Source: Spirochaetia bacterium (GTDB lineage: Bacteria; Spirochaetota; Spirochaetia; SZUA-6; Bin103). Taken from it: DNA of 64,000 bases. Each line of letters starts with the position of its first letter. Within the stretch, counting starts at the first letter, position 1. The DNA lies in contig OZ241907.1 of the NCBI GenBank assembly GCA_965203515.1, positions 864,001 through 928,000 of the forward strand, in the 5' to 3' direction. The position numbers and the translations under genes were made by a program. The notes beneath the pieces are model-generated. The model saw nothing but the letters and a program-made list of their open reading frames with translations, was not told the DNA's origin and searched no databases. This document shows, in pieces, positions 20,193 to 30,212 of the stretch.

Positions 20193-21641
20193 ATGAACAG
20201 GACTCGTTCCGACACGGCCGACGCAGCCATCACGACCACCGTTTCCGCCCTCTCAGACGACCGCCTGCTAGCGCGGACCAAGGAACTGTCCTGCGTCGAA
20301 CACCAGCTCGAAGTCGTCGTCATCGACCACTTGCGCGAGATCCAGAAGCGCCGGCTGTTTCTGCGCCGCGGGTTCTCCAGCCTGTTCGATTACGCGGTGC
20401 GCGAGCTCGGCTACAGCGACGCCGCCGCTTGGCGGCGCATCAAGGCGATGCGCCTCTGCGCGGACATCGACGGCGTGCGCGAGCGCCTGCAGGACGGCTC
20501 GATGACGCTCAACGCGGCCGCGCAGTTGCAGAACGCCTTCGACCGACAGGACCGCACGCGCGAGCGCGCGCCGCGCAGCGCGCCGGGCGGGACCGGGTTC
20601 GGGGCCGCCGCGCAGTCGCAGGACGGCTCGGCGCCGGCGCTCGCTCCGGGACCGGCTCAGCCGGCGGAGCGGAAGCCGGCGCCGGTGCTGGACCGGTCGG
20701 CGCGGCGGGCGCTGGTGGAGCAGGCGGCCGGCAAGAGCAGCCGGCAGGTGATGCGGTTGCTGGCCGAGGTCGACCCGGAGCTGGCGGCGCCGGCGGACCG
20801 GGTGCGCCCGCTGGGCGCCGGGCGCTGGGAGATCAAGGCGATCATCGACGATGAGTGCCGGCGCGGCTTGGAGCGGCTCAAGGGCCTCCTGTCCCACGTC
20901 GACCCGCACATGACGTTGGGGCAGATCGTGGGACGCCTGGTGCAGGAAGGGCTCGACCGTCACGACCCGGCCCGGCCGCCGCGCGGGCGTCGCACTGGCT
21001 CCCGCGCCGCAGGAGCCGAGCGGACTTCGGCGGCGAAGACGCCGGCGGCCTCGGCTTGTAGCGCCGCTTCGGCAGCGAAGCACGAGGCCCGATCGGACAG
21101 CGCCGCTCCTTCGGCGGCGAAGGTACCGGCTCAGGCGGCGGGGCGGCCGACAGCGCCGCCGGGAGACGAAGCCGCTTCGCCGCTGCAGGTGGACCGCGGC
21201 CCGGACCGCCCGGACACTTCGGCAGCGAAGCCGGTGACCGACACAACTTCGGCGCCGAAGACGAAGACACTGCGCCTCGGCCCGCAGGCTGCTGCGGCGT
21301 GCGCGAAGCCGGCTGCGCCGCCGCGGACCCAAACTTCGGCAGCCAAGGCGGGCGGCGGGACCGGCCGTGCCATCCCGGCGGCGGTCAAGCGAGCGGTCTG
21401 GCGGCGCGACCGGGGCCGCTGCAGCTACGTGGACCGCATCAGCGGGCGCCGCTGCGGCTCCCAACACCTGCTGCAGATCGATCACGTCGTGCCGTATGCC
21501 AGGGCGGCACCGCCGAGCCGAACAATCTCCGACTGCTGTGCGCCGCGCATCACCGCCACCGCCACGCAGGCATCAGAATCGGCTGTCTCGGCGAGGATCG
21601 TCAGGCGCCGGTCCCGATCCAGTCGATGGAGCGAAGGCTGA
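20193..21641 (+). CDS. HNH endonuclease with DUF222-like N-terminus; frameshifted inside the HNH motif (~21500)
   Basis: GFSSLFDYAVRELGYS..AAWRRI; VWRRDRGRCSY..C..LQIDHVVP, then GGTAEPNNLRLLCAAHH continues in another frame. Confidence 0.8.
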   Translation: MNRTRSDTADAAITTTVSALSDDRLLARTKELSCVEHQLEVVVIDHLREIQKRRLFLRRGFSSLFDYAVRELGYSDAAAWRRIKAMRLCADIDGVRERLQDGSMTLNAAAQLQNAFDRQDRTRERAPRSAPGGTGFGAAAQSQDGSAPALAPGPAQPAERKPAPVLDRSARRALVEQAAGKSSRQVMRLLAEVDPELAAPADRVRPLGAGRWEIKAIIDDECRRGLERLKGLLSHVDPHMTLGQIVGRLVQEGLDRHDPARPPRGRRTGSRAAGAERTSAAKTPAASACSAASAAKHEARSDSAAPSAAKVPAQAAGRPTAPPGDEAASPLQVDRGPDRPDTSAAKPVTDTTSAPKTKTLRLGPQAAAACAKPAAPPRTQTSAAKAGGGTGRAIPAAVKRAVWRRDRGRCSYVDRISGRRCGSQHLLQIDHVVPYARAAPPSRTISDCCAPRITATATQASESAVSARIVRRRSRSSRWSEG

Positions 21642-21682
21642 AGGTGGATGCCGCCATTCGCTCCCCCGGTAGTATCTCGGGT

Positions 21683-23332
21683 GTGACCGGCGGGCAGCTT
21701 CTGTACGCGATCGAGTACGCGTGCTGGGGACTGCTCAAGGCCGACTTTCACACCCTGCTCCGCCTGCACGCGTACGAGCACGTGATCCATCTGGAGCCGC
21801 GCATCCTGGACGACGTGGAGACCGGCGACGTGGTGACGACGATCAACAACGACGTCGCGGCGTTCACGAACTTCGCGCACCACGGCATGGCGATCGGCGT
21901 CGCGAACGTCCTGCAGTTCGTCCTTTCGGTCGCCATCGTCGCCACGATCGACGCCATCGCCGCCGGCATTCTGATCGTGTCCGGGGTCCTCACCTACGTG
22001 GCGAACCGCAACACGGGCCGGATGGTGCATGCGCGGTACGGCCGCATGCGGGAGGGCTACGGTCACTACGTCGCGTGGCTGTACGAGATCATCGCCGGCC
22101 GGCGCGAGATCCGGCGGCTCGGCGCCCAGGCCACGGTCACCACGTGGTTCCTGCGCCGTCACAACGGCGTGCTGCGGAACCTGATCAAGGCGTGGTGGGC
22201 GGAGCTGGCCGGCGAGCGGGCGGTCGAGCTGGCGGTGGTCGCGGCCACGATCGCGATGTACGGCTGGGCGGCGACGCTGGTGGTCGTGCAGTCGATGACG
22301 ATGGGAACGTTCCTGGCGCTGATCGAGTACCTCATTCTCGGCCGGGTCGCCCTCTCCAGGATCGGCCGGCTCAACGTCTGGGTGCAGTCCTTCTACGTGC
22401 GCATGGGCCGGCTGCAGGCGATGTTGGCGAGGCCGAGAGAAGCGGCCGGTCCGGTCGCCGCCGCAACGCCGGAGACCGAACGCGCGCCGGCCGCGCCGCC
22501 GGTCGCTCCCGCATGGGAACGGGTCCGTTCCCATCCCCGTCCCCATCACCGGGAACCGGTCCCGGTCATCCGCAGCGCCGGCCGCCGGAGCGGCTTCCGG
22601 TTCGACGGGGTTCGCTTTCGCTACGCCGGCGAAGGCGCGCGCGTGCTCGACGGACTCGAACTGAGCGCGGAGGCGGGGGAGCGCATCGCCCTGGTGGGGA
22701 GGAGCGGCGCCGGCAAGACGTCGCTGATCCAGCTCCTGCTCCGGTTCTATCGTCCGCAGAGCGGCCGCGTGTCGATCGCCGGCCGCGCCGTCGACGAATA
22801 CTCCCTGCAGGACCTCCGCCGCGTGGTCGGCGTGGTGTATCAGGACCCGATTCTGTTCCCGGAGACGATTCGGCGGAATCTGTCGCCGCCGTGGTTCGCC
22901 GGCTCGGATGCGGACCTCGATTGGGCGCTCGACGCGGTCGGCTTGACGGCGTGGCTGTCGCGCCGGCGCAACCGGCTCGACACGGTCCTGGGGCCGACCA
23001 CCCCGTTCTCGCGCGGCGAGCGCCAGCGGCTGGCGATCGCGCGGATGCTGCTCCGCGCGCCGCGCGTCATCGTCATGGACGAGGCGACGTCCGGGGTGGA
23101 CGACGCGCGCGAGTCGCAGATCTACGCGGCGCTGCACGACCGACTCCCGGACCGCACCGTGCTGATTGCGACGCACCGGCCGGCCACGGCGCGCCGGGCC
23201 GGCCGCGTCGTGCTGCTCGACGGCGGACGCATCGCCGCCGACGGCAGCCATGAACGGGTGCGCGCGGCTTCCGCGGTCTACCGGAGCCTCATGGACGATC
23301 GGCGTCACGGCGCCGGTGGCCCGGCCCCGTGA
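21683..23332 (+). pseudogene. ABC exporter (TMD+NBD), 5'-truncated
   Basis: GRSGAGKT, FSRGERQRLAIAR, MDEATS; N-terminal TM helices are missing. Confidence 0.7.
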
Positions 23333-24335
23333 CGTGGCTGGCCGAAGCCGTGCGGGCGCGGCGGGAGCTCCTCTGCGCCGTCCGGGGCCAAGTGCGCCGG
23401 CTGCGCGGAACGGTCGCCGTCCTGATCGCCGTACGGGTGGCGCTGGCGGCGTCGGCGCTCGTACCGCCGCTGCTGCTTCGCGCCCTGGTCGACCGGGTGG
23501 TGATCGACGGCCATGCCGCTCTGCTCCCGTGGCTGCTCGGCGCGTTCGGCGCGGTGTATGCGGTCGAGACCGCGGCGATGGCCGTCGAGCGGGCGGCCCG
23601 CAACCGGATGCTGGGCCTGATGACGCTGCGCCTGCGCCACCGCAACTTCGCGGCGGCCCTGCGCGCTCCCGACTCGGCCGGGCCGGGCGATCTCAAGCGC
23701 GCCGTGGAGGAGGACGTCGAGCGGATCGGCCCGGCGTTCGACAGCCACGTCATACAGGCGGTGTTCCTCGTCGCGCGCATGGCGGCGCTCGCCGTGCTGC
23801 TCGCGGCCTTGAGTTGGCGCCTGGCGGCCATCGCCTTGAGCGTCTCGGTGGCCGTGACGTTGGCCGTGGGCGCCTTCTCACGCGGCGCCCGGCGCGTGGG
23901 CGCCGAGCAGCGGGCGGCGATGGGAGCGTTCGACGACTGGCTGCACCGGTCGATCCGGCGCTGGCGGGAGACCAAGGCGCTGCAGCTCGAACGCCGCGAG
24001 CTGGCCGCCATGCGGCGGCAGTACCGGCCGGTGCAACACGCGATGAGCGCCGCCCAGTTCTATCACTGGGGCGCCGACGCGGTGGGGCGCGCCGTCGACG
24101 ATCTGGCCGCTCGCGCGGTGCTCTACTTCATCGGCGCGCTCCTCATCTTCGGCGGCTTCATCACCGCCGGGGTGCTGCTCGCCTTCGTTCGCACCGCCTG
24201 GCCACCGTGCGCAACGCCGACACGATCGCGGTGCTCGCGCGCGGCCGGCTGGTCGCGGCCGGCGCGCACGCCGACCTGTTGGCAACGAGCGGCGAGTACC
24301 GCCGCCTCTTCGCTCGGCAGCACGCCCTGCAATGA
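23329..24335 (+). pseudogene. ABC exporter with internal deletion of most of the NBD
   Basis: TMD runs to ..GVLLAFV, then jumps out of frame (~24190) to SHRLATVRNADTIAVLARGR; no Walker A/B. Confidence 0.8.
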
Positions 24336-24381
24336 TCATCCGTTGCCGGCCGCGCGGGAGGCCGGATAGCCTGCCGGCGAG

Positions 24382-24900
24382 ATGACCAGAAAATCGATCG
24401 CCTTGAGCCTCCGCACGGCGGCGCGGTTGCCGTCGATTCCGGAGACGCAACGCCAGTTGGCGGAGGGCCGCCTCGACGCGGAGTGCCGCCTCTCCATCGC
24501 CGATCTGGACGCGATGAAGGACGCTTACGTCTTTGCGATCGTCACCACCCACGAGCGCTGGGAGGTGGTCGAGGTGCTGGACGCGCTGGGGCTGGCTCCC
24601 TACTGCCCGGCCGAGCACATCGTCGTGTCGCCCAAGGGCAAGCGCCAGGACCTGGAGCACTGGCGGCGCTGGCGCGCCGGCTTCGACGCGGCGGGCGCGC
24701 CGCTGGCGGCCGTGATCGACCACTCGGAGAAAGGGCCGGCGTCGGTGCTGTGGCCGCTCAGCCATGCTCCCGACTTCGCCGGCGTGAACCGGTACTACTG
24801 GCCGTATGAGGGCGTGGTGGAAGCCGAGCGGATGCCGGAAGCGATCCGCATCGACCGCCTTTCCGATACCAGGGAGTACCGCCTGGCCACCCAGGGATAG
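24382..24900 (+). CDS. Hypothetical protein
   Basis: 172-aa ORF with genome-typical codon usage. Confidence 0.55.
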   Translation: MTRKSIALSLRTAARLPSIPETQRQLAEGRLDAECRLSIADLDAMKDAYVFAIVTTHERWEVVEVLDALGLAPYCPAEHIVVSPKGKRQDLEHWRRWRAGFDAAGAPLAAVIDHSEKGPASVLWPLSHAPDFAGVNRYYWPYEGVVEAERMPEAIRIDRLSDTREYRLATQG

Positions 24901-24934
24901 AGCCACCCGGGGGTAGAGCCCACCCGGGGATAGA
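24886..24934 (+). repeat. Three tandem ~16-bp copies of the gene 3' end including TAG (gccacccRgggRtaga)
   Basis: Direct read of the sequence. Confidence 0.75.
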
Positions 24935-24975
24935 CCGGGCAGGCGGGGACCCCGAACCGGATCAGTCGAGTCTGG

Positions 24976-25343
24976 TCAGTCCGGGGTCTGGCTGGCCGCC
25001 AGGCCGACGCAGTTGCCTTGCGGGTCGGCGAACATCGCAAACGTCACGGAGCCGGGGATGGTCGTCACCGGCACGATCTCCGTGCCGCCGAGCTCGATCG
25101 CCTTCTTCAATCGTTCCTTGATGTCATCTACTTGTACATAAAAGGTGACGGTGTTCGGCGCGCCGCCGCTCGCCCCGATGCCGCCGTTGATGCCGACCGA
25201 ATCGCCCTCGCCCTTGGTGCTGACCACGCGGTAGTCGATCGCCTCATGATGCTGGACCTGCAGTCGAACAGCTTGGTGTAGTACTCGTGGAGCGCCGCAG
25301 GATCCTGCGACCGGATCTCGAAATGGACCACCGGATTGTTCAT
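24976..25343 (-). pseudogene. VOC/glyoxalase family protein with a single-base frameshift (~25260)
   Basis: NPVVHFEI..YYTKLFD, then INGGIG..FYVQVDD..FADPQGN in another frame; TG(G) lacks one G. Confidence 0.75.
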
Positions 25344-25507
25344 TCGCTCACCATACCACGCGCCCGCGCGGCGTCAAGGCGCGCCGGATCAGGGCGGGCG
25401 CTCGGGGCCGGCGGTGCGCGGCAGCGGCTCCGCTGTACGCCCGTGCCGTATCTGCTACCCTGTCGCCGTCCGGCGACAAGGGGGATGACGATGAAAGGCG
25501 TGGTTAC

Positions 25508-26716
25508 GTGGCGGTCCTGAGCGCCGGCCAGATCGCCCGCTTCCGGGATGACGGCTTCCTGGTCGTCCCGGACCTGATGAGCGGCGACGAGATCGATCGG
25601 CTGGCGGCCGCCGCCCGCTCCGAATTCGAGACGCAGCGCCACGTCGGCCAAGGCCGGCGCTTCCCGGCGCCGGGGAAGTACACCTTGTCCGAGGACAGCC
25701 TGCGCCTGGCCGACGTGCGCCGGGCGGTCGATCATCCGCAGGTGACGGCCGCCGCCGCCGAGCTGCTCGAAGACGAGATCCGCATGTCGGCGTTCGTGAT
25801 CTACGCGATGCCTCCGGGCAGCCCCGGCACCACCGGCGACTACCAGGGCACCCATGAGTCGGCGCACTGCGACTACAAGCCGTACCGTCCGGTCGGCTCG
25901 TCGCTGCGCTGGCTGTTCGCGATCGTGCCGCTGGTCGACTACACGGAGCGGGTCGGCCCGCTGCTGGTTTCGCCGGGGTCGCACCGGATTCCCGCGCTGG
26001 CGCGCCGCGGCCGGGTCACGCACGTGCGCCGGGCGCGGGGGGACCAGCTCCGGCCCTTTCAGGACACGCGCCTGCGCCGCGGTCAGGTCGCCTTCATGGA
26101 CATGTTCACCTGGCATCAGACGTTCGGCAATCGGTCCGACACGCTGCGCTTCGGGGTCTACAACAAGTACCGGGCGCGCAGCGCGCCGCCGGGGTGCGGA
26201 CCCTATCTGTTCCGGGAGCACTCGGCCGATCTGTTCGACGCGGCCGGCGCGGCGCTGCTTGCGGACCGCATCGAGGGCCGCGTCGCGCAGACCCGGCTGC
26301 TGGTCGAGGACGATGAGCGGTTCCTGGTCCTGGACGGGGCGGGCGGCTCGTCGATCGTGCCCGGCGGGGCGGCGCAGCCGGCCCCCAAGCGGGTCGGCAC
26401 CGACGACGACAACGTGATCGACGCGCTGATGCGGGCGGCCGGGCCGCAGCTCGGCGGCGATCTGCCCTGGGTCAGCTACGTGGGCGATTACATGGTCGGC
26501 GACGGGTCGGCCGACATCTGCCGCGTCTACGCCTGCCCGCACGAGGAGCTGCGGCGCGCCGGCGTGCGAGGCGCCGGCTCGGTACGCTGGCGCCCGTTCG
26601 ACCGACTGAACGCCGAAACCGGCGAAGGCTACCTGAATCAGGCGGCGGAGCGCTGGTTGACCGAACCGGTGGTGCGCGGCATCGGCCAGTCGAACGCCCA
26701 GGCCGGGATCGGATGA
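25508..26716 (+). CDS. PhyH family dioxygenase with extra C-terminal (NUDIX-like?) domain
   Basis: FRDDGFLVV, HCD, PGSH, TWH motifs. Confidence 0.75.
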   Translation: MAVLSAGQIARFRDDGFLVVPDLMSGDEIDRLAAAARSEFETQRHVGQGRRFPAPGKYTLSEDSLRLADVRRAVDHPQVTAAAAELLEDEIRMSAFVIYAMPPGSPGTTGDYQGTHESAHCDYKPYRPVGSSLRWLFAIVPLVDYTERVGPLLVSPGSHRIPALARRGRVTHVRRARGDQLRPFQDTRLRRGQVAFMDMFTWHQTFGNRSDTLRFGVYNKYRARSAPPGCGPYLFREHSADLFDAAGAALLADRIEGRVAQTRLLVEDDERFLVLDGAGGSSIVPGGAAQPAPKRVGTDDDNVIDALMRAAGPQLGGDLPWVSYVGDYMVGDGSADICRVYACPHEELRRAGVRGAGSVRWRPFDRLNAETGEGYLNQAAERWLTEPVVRGIGQSNAQAGIG

Positions 26717-26757
26717 GCCGGGTCCGGTAGCCCGGCGCAAGCGACGGGAGGAAGCGC

Positions 26758-27927
26758 GTGAAGTACGACGTTCTCATCGACGGCGGCGAGGTGATCGACC
26801 CGTCGCAGCGGCTGCGCGGCCGGCTCGACGTCGCGGTGGCGGGCGAACGGATCGCCGCGGTCGGCCCGGACCTGCCGGCCGACCAGGCCCGCCACGTGAT
26901 CGACGCGCGCGGCCGCCTGGTGATGCCGGGCCTGATCGACCTGCACGTGCACGCCTACCGGGACCACACCACGCTGGGACTCGACCCGGATGCGCTGTGC
27001 GCCGCCGGCGGGGTGACCACGATGCTCGACACCGGCAGCTCGGGCAGTCACAACTTCCCCGGCTTCCTGCGCGACGTGATCGTCCCCGCGCAGACCGAGG
27101 TGCTGGCGCTGATCCACCTGTCGGCGTCCGGTCTGGCGACCTTCAATCGCACCGGCGAGCTGCTCGACCGCGCCCTGGCCGACCCCGCCGGCGCGGTCGC
27201 CGCCATCCGCGCGCATCCGCGGGTCGCCGTCGGCGTGAAGATCCGCGCCACCGGCCGACTGATGGGCCGCGGCGAGGCGGGGTGGGCCAACCTCAATGAC
27301 GCGGTCGCCGCGGCGCGCGAGTCCGGCACCATGCTGATGGTCCACATCGGCGAAACGCCGATGCCGGTGCCCGCGATACTGGAGCTGCTGGAGCCGGGCG
27401 ACTGCATCACCCACTGCTTCAAGGGCGGCTCAGAACGCATCCTGGACCGCGACGGCCGCGTCTGGCCGGAGGTGCGGGCGGCCGCCGAGCGCGGCGTGAT
27501 CTTCGACATCGGCCACGGCTCCGGCAGCTTTCAGTGGGAGGTCGCCGAAGCGGCGATCGAGCAGGGGTTCCTGCCGCAGACCATCAGCACCGACCTGCAT
27601 ACCCTCAACGTGAACGGACCGGTATTCGACATGCCGACCACCATGTCCAAATTTCTGCACCTGGGGCTGTCGCTGGAGCAGGTGGTGGAACGATCGACCC
27701 TGGCGCCGGCCAAGGTGTTGCTCCGGGATCATGAGATCGGCACGCTGCGGCCGGGAACGCGCGCCGACGTCGCCGTGCTGGAGGAACGCGAAGGCCGCTT
27801 CGTATTCACCGACAGCATGGGCACGGACCGGGTCGGCGCGCGGTGTCTGCGCGCCGCGGCGACCGTGCGCCGCGGCCAGATCGTGCCGGGCGGCGGCGGC
27901 TGGTATCCCCACCGCCCAAGCGCCTGA
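26758..27927 (+). CDS. Amidohydrolase/deacetylase (dihydroorotase-like metallohydrolase)
   Basis: PGLIDLHVH, MVHIG, ITHCF, DIGHG, ISTDLH. Confidence 0.9.
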   Translation: MKYDVLIDGGEVIDPSQRLRGRLDVAVAGERIAAVGPDLPADQARHVIDARGRLVMPGLIDLHVHAYRDHTTLGLDPDALCAAGGVTTMLDTGSSGSHNFPGFLRDVIVPAQTEVLALIHLSASGLATFNRTGELLDRALADPAGAVAAIRAHPRVAVGVKIRATGRLMGRGEAGWANLNDAVAAARESGTMLMVHIGETPMPVPAILELLEPGDCITHCFKGGSERILDRDGRVWPEVRAAAERGVIFDIGHGSGSFQWEVAEAAIEQGFLPQTISTDLHTLNVNGPVFDMPTTMSKFLHLGLSLEQVVERSTLAPAKVLLRDHEIGTLRPGTRADVAVLEEREGRFVFTDSMGTDRVGARCLRAAATVRRGQIVPGGGGWYPHRPSA

Positions 27928-28845
27928 TCACCCGCGGCGCGTGACCCGCAAGCGGCGCAGCGCGCGCGCCGCCAGGCCGCGCTCCGGGGCCGCCACCAGC
28001 GCCGCCGCCACCACCACGCCGGCCACCACGGTCATCATGCCGGCGGTGCTGGTGTCGGTGAGCCCGAACCAGCGGGGCACGGTGATCGCGCTCAGGTGAC
28101 CGCCGGCGGCGCAGATCAGCGCCACCCCCTGACCGAACAGCAGCAGCGACCAGAGGCGCCGGGTGAACAGGCCGGCCACCACCCCCGGCACGATCAGCAT
28201 GGCGATCACCAGGATGCTGCCGACGCTCTCGAACGCTGCGACGATCGTCACGGCCACCATCACCATCAGCGCGTAGTGCAGCAGCCGCGCGTTGCAGCCG
28301 ATCGATCGCGCGAAGTCCTCGTCGAACGACGTGAGATTGAGCTCCTTGAACAGGATCAGGACGAAGGCCAGGTCGGCGGCCAGGACCGCGCCGAGGATCA
28401 GGAGCGCTCGCGGCGCGCGCACGCCGGCGACCGTCATCTCGTTGAGCGGCGCCAGCTCGACCGAGCCGTAGAAGACCGTATGGACGTCGACGTGCACGGC
28501 GTCGGCGCTGCGCACGATCAGGATCAGGCCGACGGCGAACATGGTCGTGAACACCACGCCCATGGCGGCGCCGCGGTCGACGTTGCCGATCTGGTGGATG
28601 AACTGCGTGAAGGCGGCGGTCAGCACGCCGGCGACCGCCGCGCCGATCACGATCGTCCCGGTGTCCCGGCTCAGCGTGATCAGGAACGCGGCGGCGATGC
28701 CGGGCAGCACCGCGTGGCTGATGGCGTCGCCCATCATGCTCATGCGCCGCAGCACCAGGAAGCTGCCGATCAGCGCGCACGCCATGGCGCTGACCGCGGC
28801 GACCGCCACGATGCCGGTGTCCAGGGCCGTCCAGGTCCAGGTCAC
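27928..28845 (-). CDS. troD: Mn/Zn ABC transporter permease
   Basis: GSFLVLRRMSMMGDAISHAVLPG; GTGA coupling. Confidence 0.85.
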   Translation of the reverse strand: MTWTWTALDTGIVAVAAVSAMACALIGSFLVLRRMSMMGDAISHAVLPGIAAAFLITLSRDTGTIVIGAAVAGVLTAAFTQFIHQIGNVDRGAAMGVVFTTMFAVGLILIVRSADAVHVDVHTVFYGSVELAPLNEMTVAGVRAPRALLILGAVLAADLAFVLILFKELNLTSFDEDFARSIGCNARLLHYALMVMVAVTIVAAFESVGSILVIAMLIVPGVVAGLFTRRLWSLLLFGQGVALICAAGGHLSAITVPRWFGLTDTSTAGMMTVVAGVVVAAALVAAPERGLAARALRRLRVTRRG

Positions 28846-30212
28846 GAGTCGCCGTCCCCGATCTCGTGCGGGCTGGCGGCTACCGCGGCCGCCGCCTGAC
28901 CGTCGAGCCGCGCCTCCAGCTCGGCCACCAGATCCGGTTCCAGCACGTGCTCGATGCGGTCGGCGCCGCGGTCGACCCGGCTGGTGGCGACGTCCGCGTG
29001 GCGTATCAGATAGAGCTCCCACAGCCGGTGGTTGCGCACGATCCGCAGCGCCTGGGCAGCGCCGGCCGGGGTGAGCCGCTCCGCTGCCGGTTCCAGGGGC
29101 GCCGGCAGCAACAGTCCCTCCCGGTGGCCGAGCCGCATCGCCGCGGTCAGTTCGGCCCGGCTCCATCCCCGGCGGTGGGCCAGCCGTTCCCGATCGACGG
29201 CGACCGCTTCCAGCTCGGCGCGGCCCGGCGTGGCGCCGAGCCGGCCTTCGACCTGCTCGAACGCCGCGCGCAGCAGGTGCTCGCGGCGGATGCGCCGGTC
29301 GCGGCGGCGGCGCTCGACGAGCAGCCGCAGCAGACCGCGGCGGGTGCCGAACAGACCGCTGATCACGAAGCCGACCGCAGTGGTGGCGACGATCACCGCG
29401 CCGGCCGGCAGGCGCGGCACCAGCGCCGAGAGCGCCGCCCCGATGAAGCCGCCCAGGGCGCCGATCAGCGCCGACAGCAGCGCCATCACCCGCAGGTCAT
29501 GGGTCCAGAAGCGCGCCGCCGCGGCCGGGGTGATCAGCAACGCGACGATCAGGATCAGCCCCACCGCCTGCAGGCCGATGACCGTGACCGCCACCACCAG
29601 CGCCAGCATCACCACGTCCAGAACCGCTACCGGCAGCCCCTGCGAGGCCGCGTACTCGGGGTCGAAGCAGAGCATGTTCAATTCCTTGAACATCGTGACG
29701 GCCACCACCACGAGCACCAGCGAGATGATCCCGATCAACAGGGCGTCGGAGACCAGCATCGACGCGGTCTTGCCGTAGATGAAGGAGTCGAGCCCGGCGG
29801 CGGAGCCGCGCCGCATCTGCTGGATCACGCCGAGCAGCGCGATGCCGATGCCGAACGACACCGACAGCACGATGCCGAGCGCGGCGTCCTCATGCAGCCG
29901 GAGCACCGTGCGCACCACCAGCACCGCGGCGATCGCCGCCAGACCGCCCGCCGCGGCCCCGATCAGCAGCCCCGGGAACCACTTGCCGGTGCCGCCGAGC
30001 GCCACCATCACCAGCCACGCCGCGGCGATGCCGGGCAGGGTCGCGTGGCTGACGGCGTCGGATACCAGCGCCCGTTTGCGAAGCAGGGTGAAGGTGCCGA
30101 CGATGCCGGCCGCCATGCCCAGGATGCCGACGCCCACCACCACGACCCGCGTGTTGTAGTCGCTCAGGGTCAGCACGCGCAGCACGTCGCCCCACGCCGG
30201 CAGGTAGGTCAT
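28842..30212 (-). CDS. troC: Mn/Zn ABC permease fused to a DtxR/MntR-type C-terminal domain
   Basis: DAVSHATLPG; C-terminal LTPAG..A..IVRNHRLWELYL..ADRIEHVL. Confidence 0.85.
   Translation of the reverse strand: MTYLPAWGDVLRVLTLSDYNTRVVVVGVGILGMAAGIVGTFTLLRKRALVSDAVSHATLPGIAAAWLVMVALGGTGKWFPGLLIGAAAGGLAAIAAVLVVRTVLRLHEDAALGIVLSVSFGIGIALLGVIQQMRRGSAAGLDSFIYGKTASMLVSDALLIGIISLVLVVVAVTMFKELNMLCFDPEYAASQGLPVAVLDVVMLALVVAVTVIGLQAVGLILIVALLITPAAAARFWTHDLRVMALLSALIGALGGFIGAALSALVPRLPAGAVIVATTAVGFVISGLFGTRRGLLRLLVERRRRDRRIRREHLLRAAFEQVEGRLGATPGRAELEAVAVDRERLAHRRGWSRAELTAAMRLGHREGLLLPAPLEPAAERLTPAGAAQALRIVRNHRLWELYLIRHADVATSRVDRGADRIEHVLEPDLVAELEARLDGQAAAAVAASPHEIGDGDS

Noticed and set aside
21024..21347. 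Canonical CRISPR call for the HNH linker repeats
   Set aside because: About 15-bp degenerate repeats, irregular in-frame spacing, inside a CDS
20110..21703. cagcttctg on both sides of the HNH gene as a target-site duplication
   Set aside because: Only 9 bp and element ends are undefined; may be chance
24976..25343. Programmed frameshift in the VOC gene
   Set aside because: No slippery site; a single missing G suggests mutation or read error
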